From Eledone cirrhosa (Eukaryota), in NCBI GenBank assembly GCA_964016885.1, contig OZ024741.1, positions 87,048,001 to 87,112,000 on the forward strand: DNA of 64,000 nt. The letters are read 5' to 3'. Below the pieces are notes generated by a model, which was not told the origin of the DNA, did no database searches, and saw only the letters and a program-made list of their open reading frames with translations. Every line of letters begins with the position of its first letter. The first letter of the stretch is position 1. The position numbers were made by a program, and so were the translations under genes. Below, piece by piece: positions 1 to 11,642 of the stretch.

Positions 1-22
1 TATTATTATTATTATTATTATT

Positions 23-2135
23 ACAGCTGCATTTATCTTGCTTTATGTTCATACGAGTTATCACCAAGTCACAACCAGTGACTTCAAGAGACAACAAGGT
101 CCGCCATGTTCAAGAAAGAACATACATACTCACACATGCATCTTTAGGTGTTTAGATTTATGATGTACTTATATTGACAGAATCTTCCTTAGTATATGGG
201 CAGTTCCCATTAGTACTATCTTTTGTATTTCTCCTATACGCGGGTTTCCTAGGATTTGCGATAAGTAATCATTAGACCCCTTAGGTATCATTCCTAGAGC
301 GCCTACAACCACTGGTATTGTTTTAGTTCTCAATTTCCACATTTTTCCAATTTCTATCTCCAGATCCTTATACTTGCTCAATTTTTCAAATGTTTTTATA
401 GATACATTCTTGTCTATTGGAACGGACATATCAATTAGCAAGCATACCCTCTTTTTAAAGTCCTTCAATATTATATCAGGTCTATTTGCATCTATTTTTC
501 GGTCTGTTTGGATGCTAAAGTTCCACAAGATTGAGATGTGATCTTTTTCAAGTATGGGAGGTGGTTGATGCCCCCACCAATTCTTTTGATGGGGCAGGTC
601 AAAATGCTTACACATTATCCAATGTATGTATTGTGCAGCTCTGTCATGCCTGTTTAGGTATTCGGTTGGAGCTATAGGACTGCACATTGAAATTATATGG
701 TCAATGGTCTCTGGTTGTTTTTTGCATACACGGCATAATGGGCTGCATCCATTTTTTATTATGTTGGCTTGGTAATTTTTTGTTGGCAGACACTGATCTT
801 GTGCTGATATAATCAGTCCTTCAGTCTCCGATTTCAGTCCAGAGGATGCCAACCACTGATGGGTTAAAGTTTTGTCAACATCAGGATTGTTAGCTCGTTC
901 TGGGTATTTTCCATACAGAGGCTTTTCTTGCCATTTCTTAACCAGTTTCTGTAGCAGTTCTTTCTTTGCAGTTACTTTTACCTGCTTTGCTTTTTCTGTG
1001 TTTTCCATTTCAGCAGTAAATGGGACTTCTGAAATTTGTAGTCCATTACTGTACCTTTGTGCATCTTTTGTAATTGAGTATGATCTTTTGATGCTTTCGT
1101 GTTTCAAAACGAGTTTGATCATCCAATCATTTGATTCCCTTAGATATGTAGATAATCCAATTGTTGCAGTTTTCAACGCAATGTCTAACTGGATTTTTTC
1201 TTGATCAAGTTCTCTTATCACGTTCCCCCGATCAAGATTAATGTCTGAACTCTTCAGCAGCTTTCCTCTGGTGAACGTTGCTTTGGCGCATTTATCTAGT
1301 CCAAACTCCATTTTAATTTTAATGTCATCACTGAACTGCTCCACAGTGGATAATAGCCCTTGGAATTGTTCATCATTTTTTGCAAATAGTTTCAGGTCAT
1401 CCATGTAGAACAAGTGATTAATGGTTTTGTCATAGACTTTATATCCATGTTTTGTTTCATTGAGCATTTTACTTAATGGTATAAGTGCGATGCAGAATAA
1501 AAGCGGTGATAAAGAGTCACCCTGAAAAATTCCACAATTAATATTAACATCTCCAGCTTCCAGTGATTTTGTTTCACTATTCAAAAGGAGTGTCGTTTTC
1601 CATGTCTTCATACTGAATGACAAAAACCTCCTGACAACGGGAGATATTTTGAAAATCTCTAAACATTTTTCAATCCAACTGTGTGGCAAACTATCGAATG
1701 CTTTTTTATAATCTATCCAAGCAATTGATAGATTTTTGTGTCTATTATGACAATCTTCCAGTATCATTTTGTTAACCAAAAGCTGATCCTTACAGCCATA
1801 TGAGCCTCGTTTACACCCTTTCTGCTCAATGGGAAATAGGTCATTTGTTATCAGGTGGTCATATGTGTATTCAGTTAGGACTGATATTAAAATTTTATAC
1901 ATTGTGGTCAAGCAAGTTATCGGTCTGTAATTTTTGGGATTGTTTGTCTCATCATTCTTCGGAAGCAGGAATGTAATGCCGTTAACTAGCCATGATGGTA
2001 TCTTTTCTGCCGCCTTAACTATTTCATTGTAAAGTTGGGCTAACAGCTCATGAGACTCTGTGAAGGCATTTATCCAAAAATTTTGTATTTTGTCTTTTCC
2101 TGGGGATTTCCATTTGCTGGTTTTTCTTAGAGCCA
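23..2135 (-). mobile_element. R4/Dong-like RLE non-LTR retrotransposon, family A, copy A1 (5'-truncated, internal in-frame deletion)
   Basis: ORF 169-2136 has RT motifs (WIDYKKAFD, QGDSLSP, FYMDD), a CxxC...HxxxxC knuckle (CRVCKKQPETIDHIISMC), RHD and the RLE motif RPD...LID...K. Flanked by (ATT)n at 1-22 and 2135-2158. Confidence 0.93.
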
Positions 2136-2136
2136 T
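169..2136 (-). pseudogene. Truncated RT-RLE polyprotein of copy A1
   Basis: Begins inside the RT region. Lacks about 107 aa present in A2 and A3 (reads ELDQEK|IQLD instead of ELDQEQTYKYLG...GRGLIQLD). Confidence 0.88.
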
Positions 2137-2371
2137 TATTATTATTATTATTATTATTGAATGCCATGGTTGACGGAGGCTCGGCTCTGTAAGGTATAGT
2201 AATTTTTAACCGTTAAAACAATTGTAAATTGTTTAAAACTTGAACCAAATTGTTGATAAAGACACCCTCCTCCTCGTGAGAGGGGTCTTTCTGTCCGTTA
2301 TTTGGCCCTTCGGGGTTAAATAACCAGTTATTGGGGTTTTGTACCCAAAATTTCATTTTAAACAAAAAAAC

Positions 2372-4463
2372 ATGGCTACCAAAAAGAAATTTCATACGTC
2401 ACTCCCACTCATTCCGTCTTCTTCTTCCTCAATCATCACTACAGCAGAGAGAAGATTGTCTCTCTCCCTCCCTTCTTTAAATGTGTCTCTCTCCCTCCCT
2501 TCTCTTTCGCAAGCGACGAAAGAAAATAAAAGTCTCGTGCAAAGCGTGCAAGGTTTCTCCACGACGACGACGACAGCGACGAAACAGGTGTGCGGGAAAT
2601 ACGAAAACCCAGTTCATTCGTCTGACGTCAGGAATAATAGCAGTAGCAGCCGTAATAACAACAGCAACAGTGACAATGAAAACAACAGTAGCAGCCGCAA
2701 CAGCATCACCAGCAGCATAAACAACAACAGCATTAGCAGCAGCAACACCAACAACAACCACAGCAACAGCGGCGGAGGCAGTAGTCGTAGTACCTGCAGC
2801 AACAACAAAAGTACCAGCAGCTCTGACGACAACAACAACAGCAGAGAAAAACCAATCTCATTTGCAGGTATTGCGAAAAACCTGGAAACAATCCTCATAA
2901 CAAATGAGGAATTAGAGGAAGCGAAGAAGATGGTGACAAAGAACGGACACCGAGCAATCTGCAAGGCAGCGAAAAATTTTTTCGAAACCCAAGAGCACTG
3001 TACGGTCACGTACCGTACAGTAAGTACAAAATCCCGTAGGGTGGAAAGAGCCACAGAGGCCCAAATACAAAAAGCCTTGGGGTCTGTGTGGCAGAGGAAA
3101 ACGCACATCACCCGAGGCAAAAAATACGCCACCGTAGACGTACTTTTTGCCACACCCCAGGAGGCAAAGGCCCAATCAGTAGTGACCCTAAGGAGCGAGG
3201 AAATGGTGTTGGTGCCCTCCTACTGCGGGCAAAAAATTGTGAGGGTCAAACTGACCCACGTCCCCCCCCGGAATGACCCCTTCTTGGCTGGCCGCGTCTG
3301 TCCTCGTCGGAATCGAGGACAAAACAACTGTACTGCAAGTACAGAAAAAAGTAAGAGAAGATTGGGTCGGCTCCTCCATTGAGATGCTAATCCAAACCAA
3401 CCAGGAGTGCATCGAAGCTATCCCGGATGTGATAGACTTCGATAACGGCACTCAACTGCCCATAAGTGTTGAGGGCAAACGCCCGAAATGCTTTCGCTGT
3501 GGATCGAAGACTCACCTCAGGGCCTTCTGCAACGAGAAGACCCTGAGAAAGGAGAAAACCCCCCTCCTCCCGAATCCGGTTCCACGGCTACCAGCAACAG
3601 GACAAGCGGCAACCAGGAACGATAGGTCCGTGGCACCCATACCCACTCCACGGAAATCAAAGACAGCAGCAGCAGTGGAAATATTAACAACAACAACAGC
3701 AATACCAAATGCAGCTGCAACAGAGACTCCAGTGCAAACATCACCAACAACAACAAGTGAAAGAGTGGAGCTGGTACCCCTCCCCGACCTTACAGAATCA
3801 GACATGGAGTGTGAGGTGGGAGAGGGATGGCAAAAGGTCTCAAGAAGGCACAAACGCAGAAGCAGCGCATCGTCGCCTTTGAAAAGGGAGGAAAGAAATG
3901 AGAAAAGGGTAAAGTCTACTGCAAAGAGACCCACAGCAGCAACACCACCAACACCATCACCACCCACACCAGCACCACCATCACCACCGGCGACAACCCC
4001 ACCGCCAACAACACCTTCAACACCACAAGCACCAACATCGCAAACACAACAACAAAACACACACACCCAGCAACAACGACAAGAAAATAGCAGAACCACA
4101 CCCCACCCCCAGAAAAACAAATGCACGGCAATAAATACACACAACAAGAAACTAATGACTTACATAATTGAACACACAGACATTTCACAACAGGACTACA
4201 TAATACCAGCACCAATCAAAACGCCAACTAACATAAGACTGCTAAAAATAGCACAGAAACAATACACAAACATTAAAACGAAATTCCCCAACGCAGTTGG
4301 TGATTTCAGGGACCTAGGAGGAACCATCAATCGAAGAGTATACTCAGACATTCTCTTAGAAGAGCCGACGACCAGCCGAAGGGACGATTCAACGGTCCCT
4401 TCACCAGACGATCAAGTGAAAAGGGATGTAAAAACCATCCCTCCTCTACCAAAAGTACGGTAA
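2372..4463 (+). CDS. Tx1 ORF1, gag-like nucleic-acid-binding protein (one +1 frameshift in the C8 run at 3262-3269)
   Basis: ORFs 2339-3382 and 3273-4463 join at VPP|GMTPSWL. Contains a CCHC knuckle (CFRCGSKTHLRAFC), Asn/Ser-rich and Pro/Thr-rich tracts. Homologous to the T2 ORF1. Confidence 0.8.
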
Positions 4464-4498
4464 GTGGTCTTTCCCATCTTTTCCACTCTATTTTAAAC

Positions 4499-7400
4499 AT
4501 GACCTCACTCAGAATAGGCAGCATAAATGCGCGTGGCTTGGGGTCGTCATGGAAGCAGGGTCACCTGCTCAACGACCTCAGGTCACTAAACATAGATGTA
4601 GTGGCCATCAGCGAGACCAGAATCTCCGAAGCACGGGCCTTCGTACCGATCTTCGGCGGCTACGATGTGTACGCATCTCCCAGCCGTCCTGGATCGGGTG
4701 GAGGAGTTGCTGTGCTTTTTCGGAGAGGTTTGGATCTCGCCATACGGGCCATCTTCCTGGACCCAGAGGGTAAGCTGGTGGTGCTGGACGTGACCAGCGG
4801 AGACGGGCAAGCTTTCAGGCTAGTGGCCGTCTATGCCCCGACAGGAGCAGGGCGGCCTGATTTCTTCCGGCGTCTGGAGACCTTTCTTGGAACGTCCCGC
4901 TCTTTAGTGTTAGTGGGCGACTGGAACGGGATCTTAGATGCACGCTGGGACTGTGTGGGATTAGCGGATAGGGGTGGAGGGTGCAAGAGCCTCACCAACC
5001 TGCTCAGGCGTTTTGAACTGTCTGACAGGTACCGATTGGATTTCCCGAATGTGCCAATGTGGACTTGGACAAACCGCATAGGGTCATCCAGATCATATCT
5101 AGATAGAGTATTTTGTAGGGAAATAGATAGGTCTAGCATAGGCTGTCCACAATTCAAGATAGTCAGCTACACGGACCACAAATTCGTGATCTGTGTGCTT
5201 GACTTAGATAGGCTTCATAGACGAGGACCCGGCTACTGGAAGCTAAACGCGTCCTTACCAGCGCGCAAGGCCTACAGAGACCGGATTAGCGAACTAGTTA
5301 AGCGGGCGTTGACGGGGGCCATCGTCAACAACAAGTGGTGGTTTGCTCTGAAAAGAGCGATTAGAATAGAATCGATTAGGTTTAGTAAGGCTTTAGCAAT
5401 AGAGAAAAATAGAGCAGAGGGAGAACTAGTTAGAAAATTAGACGAGGCGCTTAGCAAAGGCATTGCGACCGACGTGCTTGCGGCGAAATTGGCCCTTGAC
5501 CAATTCTTCAATGCAAAGCACGAAGGCTGCGTTGTCAGAGCTAAGGTGCGTGCTCTCAGACACGAGGGGACGAAAGCCGTTCAATGGGCCCGAGTGGCGG
5601 AGGCGCGTCGTGGCAACAAAGCCACGATCCGGTCTTTGGTGGACCACGACGGGCGCATGCTACTCGATCCCGGGCAAATGTGTGAAGCTTTTCAGCAACA
5701 CTTCGCTCAGCTGTTCGGGGGAAGCGGGGGGCCGGGTAGAGGGATGGACTTTAGTGTCTACCTCGACGGACTGCCGCGGCTCTCGGCCACTGAGGCGAGG
5801 TGTTGCGAAAAGCCGATAACAGCCGCTGAAGTACGGGAGGCAATGACTGGCTGCACAAGGGGTAAATCGCCTGGTTTGGATGGTCTGCCCTATGAACTTT
5901 ACGTACAGATGCCAGACTTGTTCGGAGGCCTCTTGGCGGACGTCTACTGCAACTGGCAACAGAACGGGAGAATTCCCAGTTCTGTGAGCCGAGGAGCGGT
6001 GGCACTGCTGAGAAAGGATCCGAACAAGGGGGATAACATAGACAATTTCCGGCCCATAACTCTGCTAAACACAGAGTTTAAGATTTTGGCCAAGGTGCTA
6101 GCAAAGAGGTTGGCGCTTGTCGTTGGTGGTCTGGTGGGAGAGGCGCAGACATGCGCCATTCCCGACAGATCCATCCACGACAACCTCCACCTCATGCGAT
6201 ACATCGTTGAGAGGGTAGCTAGGGAACCTGGCACGGGTGGGTCCTTGATCAATTTAGATCAGTCGAAAGCTTTCGATAGGGTCGACCATCGTTACCTAGC
6301 GGCAGTCCTGAGGGCGGCTGGCTTTGGGCCCGTCTTCAGAGGCTGGATCGCTGCCATGCACAGCGACATCTGCTCTGTGGTGAGAGTGAACGGTCACCTG
6401 TCGGAACCGTTCAACATCATGCGCTCGGTCCGCCAAGGATGTCCCCTCTCGTCCCTCTTGTACGTATTGACTCTCGAGCCATTACTGCACAAACTGGAGA
6501 CGTTGAGGGGAGTCCCGCGCGAACTAGGATGCGGAAGATCCGTGTCAGCATATGCGGACGATGTCACCGTAGTGGTGTCGAACGCCAAACACATCGAGGC
6601 GATCGGCACTACACTAAGAGAATACGAAGCGGTGACAGGAGCAATGATCAACCAGGAAAAGTCAGTGGGCCTGCAGCTCGGCACCTGGAGAGGCAGGTCC
6701 ATGCCGTCCAACAGCGTCGTCGGGCGCTGGACGGACGGACCGGTTAAATTGCTAGGGGTCTGGTTCGGTCCGGACCTCCAGACGGACAAAAACTGGGACG
6801 AGGTGACGAGCAGGGTGGCTTCTCTCACCCAGAAATGGGCGGAGAGGAAGCTATCCCTGAAAGGTCGAGCGGAGGTGGCTAACGCGTACATCGCGTCTGT
6901 CATCTGCTACCGCCTAACCGTCGTACCTTGTCCTAAGCCTCGCCTGACTGCGCTGGAGCGTTTGCTCTTTCGCTTTTTGTGGAAGGGACGTGCTCCGATG
7001 GTCAGGCGGTCCATCTGTTGTCAACACCCGCTACGTGGAGGGCTGGGCATGCCGTGGCTGATGATGCGCAGGCACGCGCTCAGGCTACGACATCTCCACC
7101 TCTTCCTCGACGGTGATCAGGTGTGGTCGCCGTTTGCTAGACGCGTTTTTCCCCAGCTCGTTTCCTTGACGGAGCTGCAGTCCTGGGTCAAGCGAAGACC
7201 GAGAGGGAGCGCCTGGAGACTGGAATGTCTTCAGGCGCTCACAGCCCTCGACCAATCGGGCAATGTGATCGGTGGAAACTCCACCTCGGCGTTCTATAGA
7301 GGATTAGTGGAGGGGAAGAGCGACGACGTACTTGGGGAAACTCTAGGCGTCGACGAAAATCAACTAGCCAATCTCTTCGGAAGAACTTTCGGGCCAGGGC

Positions 7401-7918
7401 CTATGGACAACTTCCAGAAATCTCTGGCCTGGCAGTGCTACCGAGGAGCCTTGCCAGTTCGGGATAAACTCTACAGGCATGGAGGTGCCGTCAGCCGGGC
7501 ATGTCCGAGATGCGCGCAGGGCGACGAAACCGTCCTGCACGCACTCGTCCAGTGTCCGAAAATTGCTGACTTGTGGGTTTATGTCGAACACCTGCTGTCG
7601 CGTTTAGGACGGATCCAGCTATCATCTGAGTCTATCGTGAGGATTGCCCCGCCCTCCTCCTTTAGCCGGGAAGGGCAGGCAGTTTTTATCTGTCTGGTGG
7701 CCATGGCGAAAGAGATAGTATGGTGGACACGTTTGAAAGGGCTGAAGACGAGCACTTACCTCTTCGGTGATGCTCTGATTGACTTTTTCAAATTTCATTT
7801 GAAAAGGAAAATCAGAGTAGAGAAGGAAGTGCTCTCTTCCCAGCATTTTGTTGAAAGATGGGTGAGAGAAGCAAGAATGGCCCGAGTGAATGGGCCGACT
7901 CTGAGTATATATCTGTAA
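4499..7918 (+). CDS. Tx1 ORF2: AP endonuclease + reverse transcriptase + C-terminal Cys/His motif, intact 1139 aa
   Basis: APE motifs SINARGL, AISET, GDWN, YLDR, TDH. RT motifs KSPGLDG, LDQSKAFD, QGCPLS, YADD. C-terminal CPRC...HALVQC. Confidence 0.95.
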   Translation: MTSLRIGSINARGLGSSWKQGHLLNDLRSLNIDVVAISETRISEARAFVPIFGGYDVYASPSRPGSGGGVAVLFRRGLDLAIRAIFLDPEGKLVVLDVTSGDGQAFRLVAVYAPTGAGRPDFFRRLETFLGTSRSLVLVGDWNGILDARWDCVGLADRGGGCKSLTNLLRRFELSDRYRLDFPNVPMWTWTNRIGSSRSYLDRVFCREIDRSSIGCPQFKIVSYTDHKFVICVLDLDRLHRRGPGYWKLNASLPARKAYRDRISELVKRALTGAIVNNKWWFALKRAIRIESIRFSKALAIEKNRAEGELVRKLDEALSKGIATDVLAAKLALDQFFNAKHEGCVVRAKVRALRHEGTKAVQWARVAEARRGNKATIRSLVDHDGRMLLDPGQMCEAFQQHFAQLFGGSGGPGRGMDFSVYLDGLPRLSATEARCCEKPITAAEVREAMTGCTRGKSPGLDGLPYELYVQMPDLFGGLLADVYCNWQQNGRIPSSVSRGAVALLRKDPNKGDNIDNFRPITLLNTEFKILAKVLAKRLALVVGGLVGEAQTCAIPDRSIHDNLHLMRYIVERVAREPGTGGSLINLDQSKAFDRVDHRYLAAVLRAAGFGPVFRGWIAAMHSDICSVVRVNGHLSEPFNIMRSVRQGCPLSSLLYVLTLEPLLHKLETLRGVPRELGCGRSVSAYADDVTVVVSNAKHIEAIGTTLREYEAVTGAMINQEKSVGLQLGTWRGRSMPSNSVVGRWTDGPVKLLGVWFGPDLQTDKNWDEVTSRVASLTQKWAERKLSLKGRAEVANAYIASVICYRLTVVPCPKPRLTALERLLFRFLWKGRAPMVRRSICCQHPLRGGLGMPWLMMRRHALRLRHLHLFLDGDQVWSPFARRVFPQLVSLTELQSWVKRRPRGSAWRLECLQALTALDQSGNVIGGNSTSAFYRGLVEGKSDDVLGETLGVDENQLANLFGRTFGPGPMDNFQKSLAWQCYRGALPVRDKLYRHGGAVSRACPRCAQGDETVLHALVQCPKIADLWVYVEHLLSRLGRIQLSSESIVRIAPPSSFSREGQAVFICLVAMAKEIVWWTRLKGLKTSTYLFGDALIDFFKFHLKRKIRVEKEVLSSQHFVERWVREARMARVNGPTLSIYL

Positions 7919-8179
7919 ACTAAAGGTGGAAAACTGGGAGAGGGCACTTGCCTTGGTGGTCAGGGTCATTGTGGCTTTTTACTGGGCTTTCTCCACAAAT
8001 GTCCCTCCGAAGTCTCCCCCCTATTGGGGAATTTTTTCATTGTTATTTTCATTGTTATTTTTGTTACATCCTCTGTTTTTGTTTTTTTACACGCAGAAAT
8101 GCCCATTTGTACCGTCCTGCATTGTCCTGCACTGTCCTTAATGTCTACTTTATGTAAACCCTTGTGGTTAATAAAGAAA

Positions 8180-8181
<2 letters not shown>

Positions 8182-8274
<93 letters not shown>
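8182..8274. repeat. (ATT)31 microsatellite between the 3' ends of T1 and A2
   Basis: Perfect trinucleotide run, read directly. Confidence 0.97.
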
Positions 8275-11200
8275 TGCATTTATCTTGCTTTATGTTTATA
8301 CGAGTTATCACCAAGTCACAACCAGTGACCTCAAGAGACAACAAGGTCCGCCATGTTCAAGAAAGAACACACATATTCACACATGCATCCTTAGTGTTTA
8401 GACTTGTGATGTACTTATATTGACAGGATCTTCCTTAGTATATGGGCAGTTCCCATTAGTACTATCTTTTGTATTTCTCCTATACGCGGGTTTCCTGGGA
8501 TTTGCGATAAGTAGTCGTTAGACCCCTTAGGTATCATTCCCAGAGCGCCTACAACCACTGGTATTGTTTTAGTTCTCAATTTCCACATTTTTCCAATTTC
8601 TATCTCCAGGTCCTTATACTTGCTCAATTTTTCAAATGTTTTTATAGATACATTCTTGTCTATTGGAACAGACATATCAATTAGCAGGCATACCCTCCTT
8701 TGAAAGTCCTTCAATATTATATCAGGTCTATTTGCATCTATTTTTCGGTCTGTTTGGATGCTAAAGTTCCACAAGATTGAGATGTGATCTTTTTCAAGTA
8801 TGGGAGGTGGTTGATGCTCCCACCAATTCTTTTGATGGGGCAGGTCAAAATGCTTACACATTATCCAATGTATGTATTGTGCAGCTCTGTCATGCCTGTT
8901 TAGGTATTCGGTTGGAGCTATAGGACTGCACATTGAAATTATATGGTCAATGGTCTCTGGTTGTTTTTTGCATACACGGCATAATGGGCTGCACCCATTT
9001 TTTATTATGTTGGCTTGGTAATTTTTTGTTGGCAGACACTGATCTTGTGCGGATATAATCAGTCCTTCAGTCTCCGATTTCAGTCCAGAGGATGCCAACC
9101 ACTGATGGGTTAAAGTTTTGTCAACATCAGGATTGTTAGCTCGCTCTGGGTATTTTCCATACAGAGGCTTTTCTTGCCATTTCTTAGCCAGTTTCTGTAG
9201 CAGTTCTTTCTTTGCAGTTACTTTTACCTGCTTTGCTTTTTCTGTGTTTTCCATTTCAGCAGTAAATGGGACTTCTGAAATTTGTAGTCCATTACTGTAT
9301 CTTTGTGCATCTTTTGTAATGGAATATGATCTTTTGGTGCTTTCGTGTTTCAAAACGAGTTTGATCATCCAATCATGTGATTCCCTTAGATATGTGGATA
9401 ATCCAATTGTTGCAGTTTTCAACGCAATGTCTAACTGGATTAACCCACGTCCTCCTTCTTTCCTAGGGAGATATATTCTATCTATGTCTGCCTTAGGGTG
9501 ATGCATTCTGTGCATGGTTAAGAATTTTCGGATTTTTGTATCGAGCCTACGGATCTCTGTGCTTGACCAGTTGATGACATTGTAACTGTAGGTTACTACT
9601 GGTATGGCAAGCGTGTTTATGGCATCGATCCTATTCCTTGCATTCAATTCCGTTCTTAAGATTGCTCTGACTCTGCGGTAACATTCCTTCCTTATCCTTT
9701 CCCTCATTGTCGAGTGCTTGATTCCGTCTCCTTCACAAACACCTAGATATTTGTAAGTTTGTTCTTGATCAAGCTCTCTTATCACGTTCCTCCAATCAAG
9801 ATTAATGTCTGAACTCTTCAGCAGCTTTCCTCTGGTGAACGTTGCTTTGGCGCATTTGTCCAGTCCAAACTCCATTTTAATGTCATCACTGAACTGCTTC
9901 ACAGTGGATAATAGCCCTTGCAATTGTTCATCATTTTTTGCAAATAGTTTCAGGTCATCCATGTAGAACAGGTGATTAATGGTTTTGTCATAGACTCTAT
10001 ATCCATGTTTTGTTTCATTGAGCATTTTACTTAATGGTATAAGTGCGATGCAGAATAAAAGCGGTGATAAAGAGTCACCCTGAAAAATTCCACAATTAAT
10101 GTTAACTTCTCCAGCTTCCAGTGATTTTGTTTCACTATTCAAAAGGAGTGTCGTTCTCCATGTCCTCATACTGAATGACAAAAACCTCCTGACAACGGGG
10201 GATATTTTGAAAATCTCTAAACATTTTTCAATCCAACTGTGTGGCAAATTATCAAATGCTTTTTTATAATCTATCCAAGCAATCGATAGATTTTTGTGTC
10301 TATTATGACAATCTTCCAGTATCATTTTGTTAACCAGAACCTGATCCTTACAGCCATATGAGCCTCGTTTACACCCTTTCTGCTCAATGGGAAATAGGTC
10401 ATTTGTTATCAGGTGGTCATATGTGTATTCAGTTAGGACTGATGTTAAAATTTTATACATTGTGGTCAAGCAGGTTATCGGTCTGTAATTTTTGGGATTG
10501 TTTGTCTCATCATTCTTCGGTAGCAGGAATGTAATGCCGTTAACTAGCCATGATGGTATCTTTTCTGGCTCCTTAACTATTTCATTGTAAAGTTGGGCTA
10601 ACAGCTCATGAGACTCTGTGAAGGCATTTATCCAAAAGTTTTGTATTTTGTCTTTTCCTGGGGATTTCCATTTGCTGGTTTTTCTTAGAGCCAAGCGCAG
10701 CTGTTCAACTGTTATATTTTCCCATGTTTGTTCTTCAAGGTGAGCTGTTTCTTTCATTTGTCTGTCTATCCATGGGGCATGTATGTTATGAACTTTTTCT
10801 TCGGCCCAGATCTTTTCCCAGAATTCTTGCACTTCCTCCTTGGGTGGTATTGATTTAGCAGTTATTGTTGACTTACCAATTTTTCTGTAGAAGTTTCTTT
10901 GGTTGTTTTTGAACATATTATTGTCCTTATAGAATCTAGATCGTTTTTCAAAGCGCCTTATACGAGCAGCTTTGGCCGACACTTTTTGCTTGATTGTTTC
11001 TATCAGCATGTCTATGTCACATGTTGATCTTATACTGTACTTTTTTTTCAATTTTCTAAGTTTAGTTTGTTTAACATGTTCACCTACTTTATAGTTTGTT
11101 AAAATTTCTATGTCAGATCGGAGAAGGTTTATTTGGCGATTGATGTTATCTTGCCAAGTAGATTTCTTGTGGGAATTCCTTTGTTTTTTCATCTTCACTC

Positions 11201-11560
11201 CACATAAGTGAGTGGTGACTTTAGCCGATGCATAATAGAGATGATTTAAGTCAGTAATGTTTATTTTGTTTGTGATGATAATGTTTTTGAGAATTATGTT
11301 AGTCTTGTGTATTATCTTTTGGTTCTGTTTGGAGTTCTGGATCTTAGGGAGGGTGTCTCGTTCCCCCATGTCAGATTCTTTCATTTTCATCCATTCGATC
11401 ATAATTTCATCCTTCAAGTTGGCAAGTTCATTCTCATTCATTTCTTTATCATTTACGATCTCATTATTTTCATTTGGAGTTTCATCCTGAGCATGCACTC
11501 CCTCCACTTTTTCGCTCCTTTCTTTAATTTGTTCTGTTGCCAGTGATTCCGCCCCAACTC
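8275..11560 (-). mobile_element. R4/Dong-like RLE element, family A, copy A2 (5'-truncated)
   Basis: Highly similar to A1 and A3. Flanked by (ATT)n on both sides. Confidence 0.94.
8415..11507 (-). CDS. RT-zinc knuckle-RLE polyprotein, uninterrupted over 1030 aa, N-terminus lost
   Basis: Motifs WKSPG, QGDSLSP, YMDD, YKYLG, EGGRGL, CRVC..H....C, RHD, RPD..D..K. The frame stays open upstream into the microsatellite with no native start. Confidence 0.92.
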   Translation of the reverse strand: MEGVHAQDETPNENNEIVNDKEMNENELANLKDEIMIEWMKMKESDMGERDTLPKIQNSKQNQKIIHKTNIILKNIIITNKINITDLNHLYYASAKVTTHLCGVKMKKQRNSHKKSTWQDNINRQINLLRSDIEILTNYKVGEHVKQTKLRKLKKKYSIRSTCDIDMLIETIKQKVSAKAARIRRFEKRSRFYKDNNMFKNNQRNFYRKIGKSTITAKSIPPKEEVQEFWEKIWAEEKVHNIHAPWIDRQMKETAHLEEQTWENITVEQLRLALRKTSKWKSPGKDKIQNFWINAFTESHELLAQLYNEIVKEPEKIPSWLVNGITFLLPKNDETNNPKNYRPITCLTTMYKILTSVLTEYTYDHLITNDLFPIEQKGCKRGSYGCKDQVLVNKMILEDCHNRHKNLSIAWIDYKKAFDNLPHSWIEKCLEIFKISPVVRRFLSFSMRTWRTTLLLNSETKSLEAGEVNINCGIFQGDSLSPLLFCIALIPLSKMLNETKHGYRVYDKTINHLFYMDDLKLFAKNDEQLQGLLSTVKQFSDDIKMEFGLDKCAKATFTRGKLLKSSDINLDWRNVIRELDQEQTYKYLGVCEGDGIKHSTMRERIRKECYRRVRAILRTELNARNRIDAINTLAIPVVTYSYNVINWSSTEIRRLDTKIRKFLTMHRMHHPKADIDRIYLPRKEGGRGLIQLDIALKTATIGLSTYLRESHDWMIKLVLKHESTKRSYSITKDAQRYSNGLQISEVPFTAEMENTEKAKQVKVTAKKELLQKLAKKWQEKPLYGKYPERANNPDVDKTLTHQWLASSGLKSETEGLIISAQDQCLPTKNYQANIIKNGCSPLCRVCKKQPETIDHIISMCSPIAPTEYLNRHDRAAQYIHWIMCKHFDLPHQKNWWEHQPPPILEKDHISILWNFSIQTDRKIDANRPDIILKDFQRRVCLLIDMSVPIDKNVSIKTFEKLSKYKDLEIEIGKMWKLRTKTIPVVVGALGMIPKGSNDYLSQIPGNPRIGEIQKIVLMGTAHILRKILSI

Positions 11561-11636
<76 letters not shown>

Positions 11637-11642
11637 GTTATT
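11561..11642. repeat. (TAT)n microsatellite with one GTT interruption
   Basis: Read directly; separates the A2 5' end from the B1 3' end. Confidence 0.95.

Larger units (their letters stand above)
2159..8181 (+). mobile_element. Tx1-like (L1 group) non-LTR retrotransposon, copy T1, apparently full length
   Basis: 5'UTR, gag-like ORF1, APE-RT ORF2 and a 3'UTR with AATAAA at 8170-8175. Flanked on both sides by (ATT)n. Confidence 0.92.

Noticed and set aside
3255-3295. Programmed ribosomal frameshift in Tx1 ORF1 (both T1 and T2 break near VPP...SWL)
   Set aside because: T1 has one extra base in a C8 run and T2 (~14848) lacks one base. The shifts are in opposite directions, so homopolymer error or decay is more likely.
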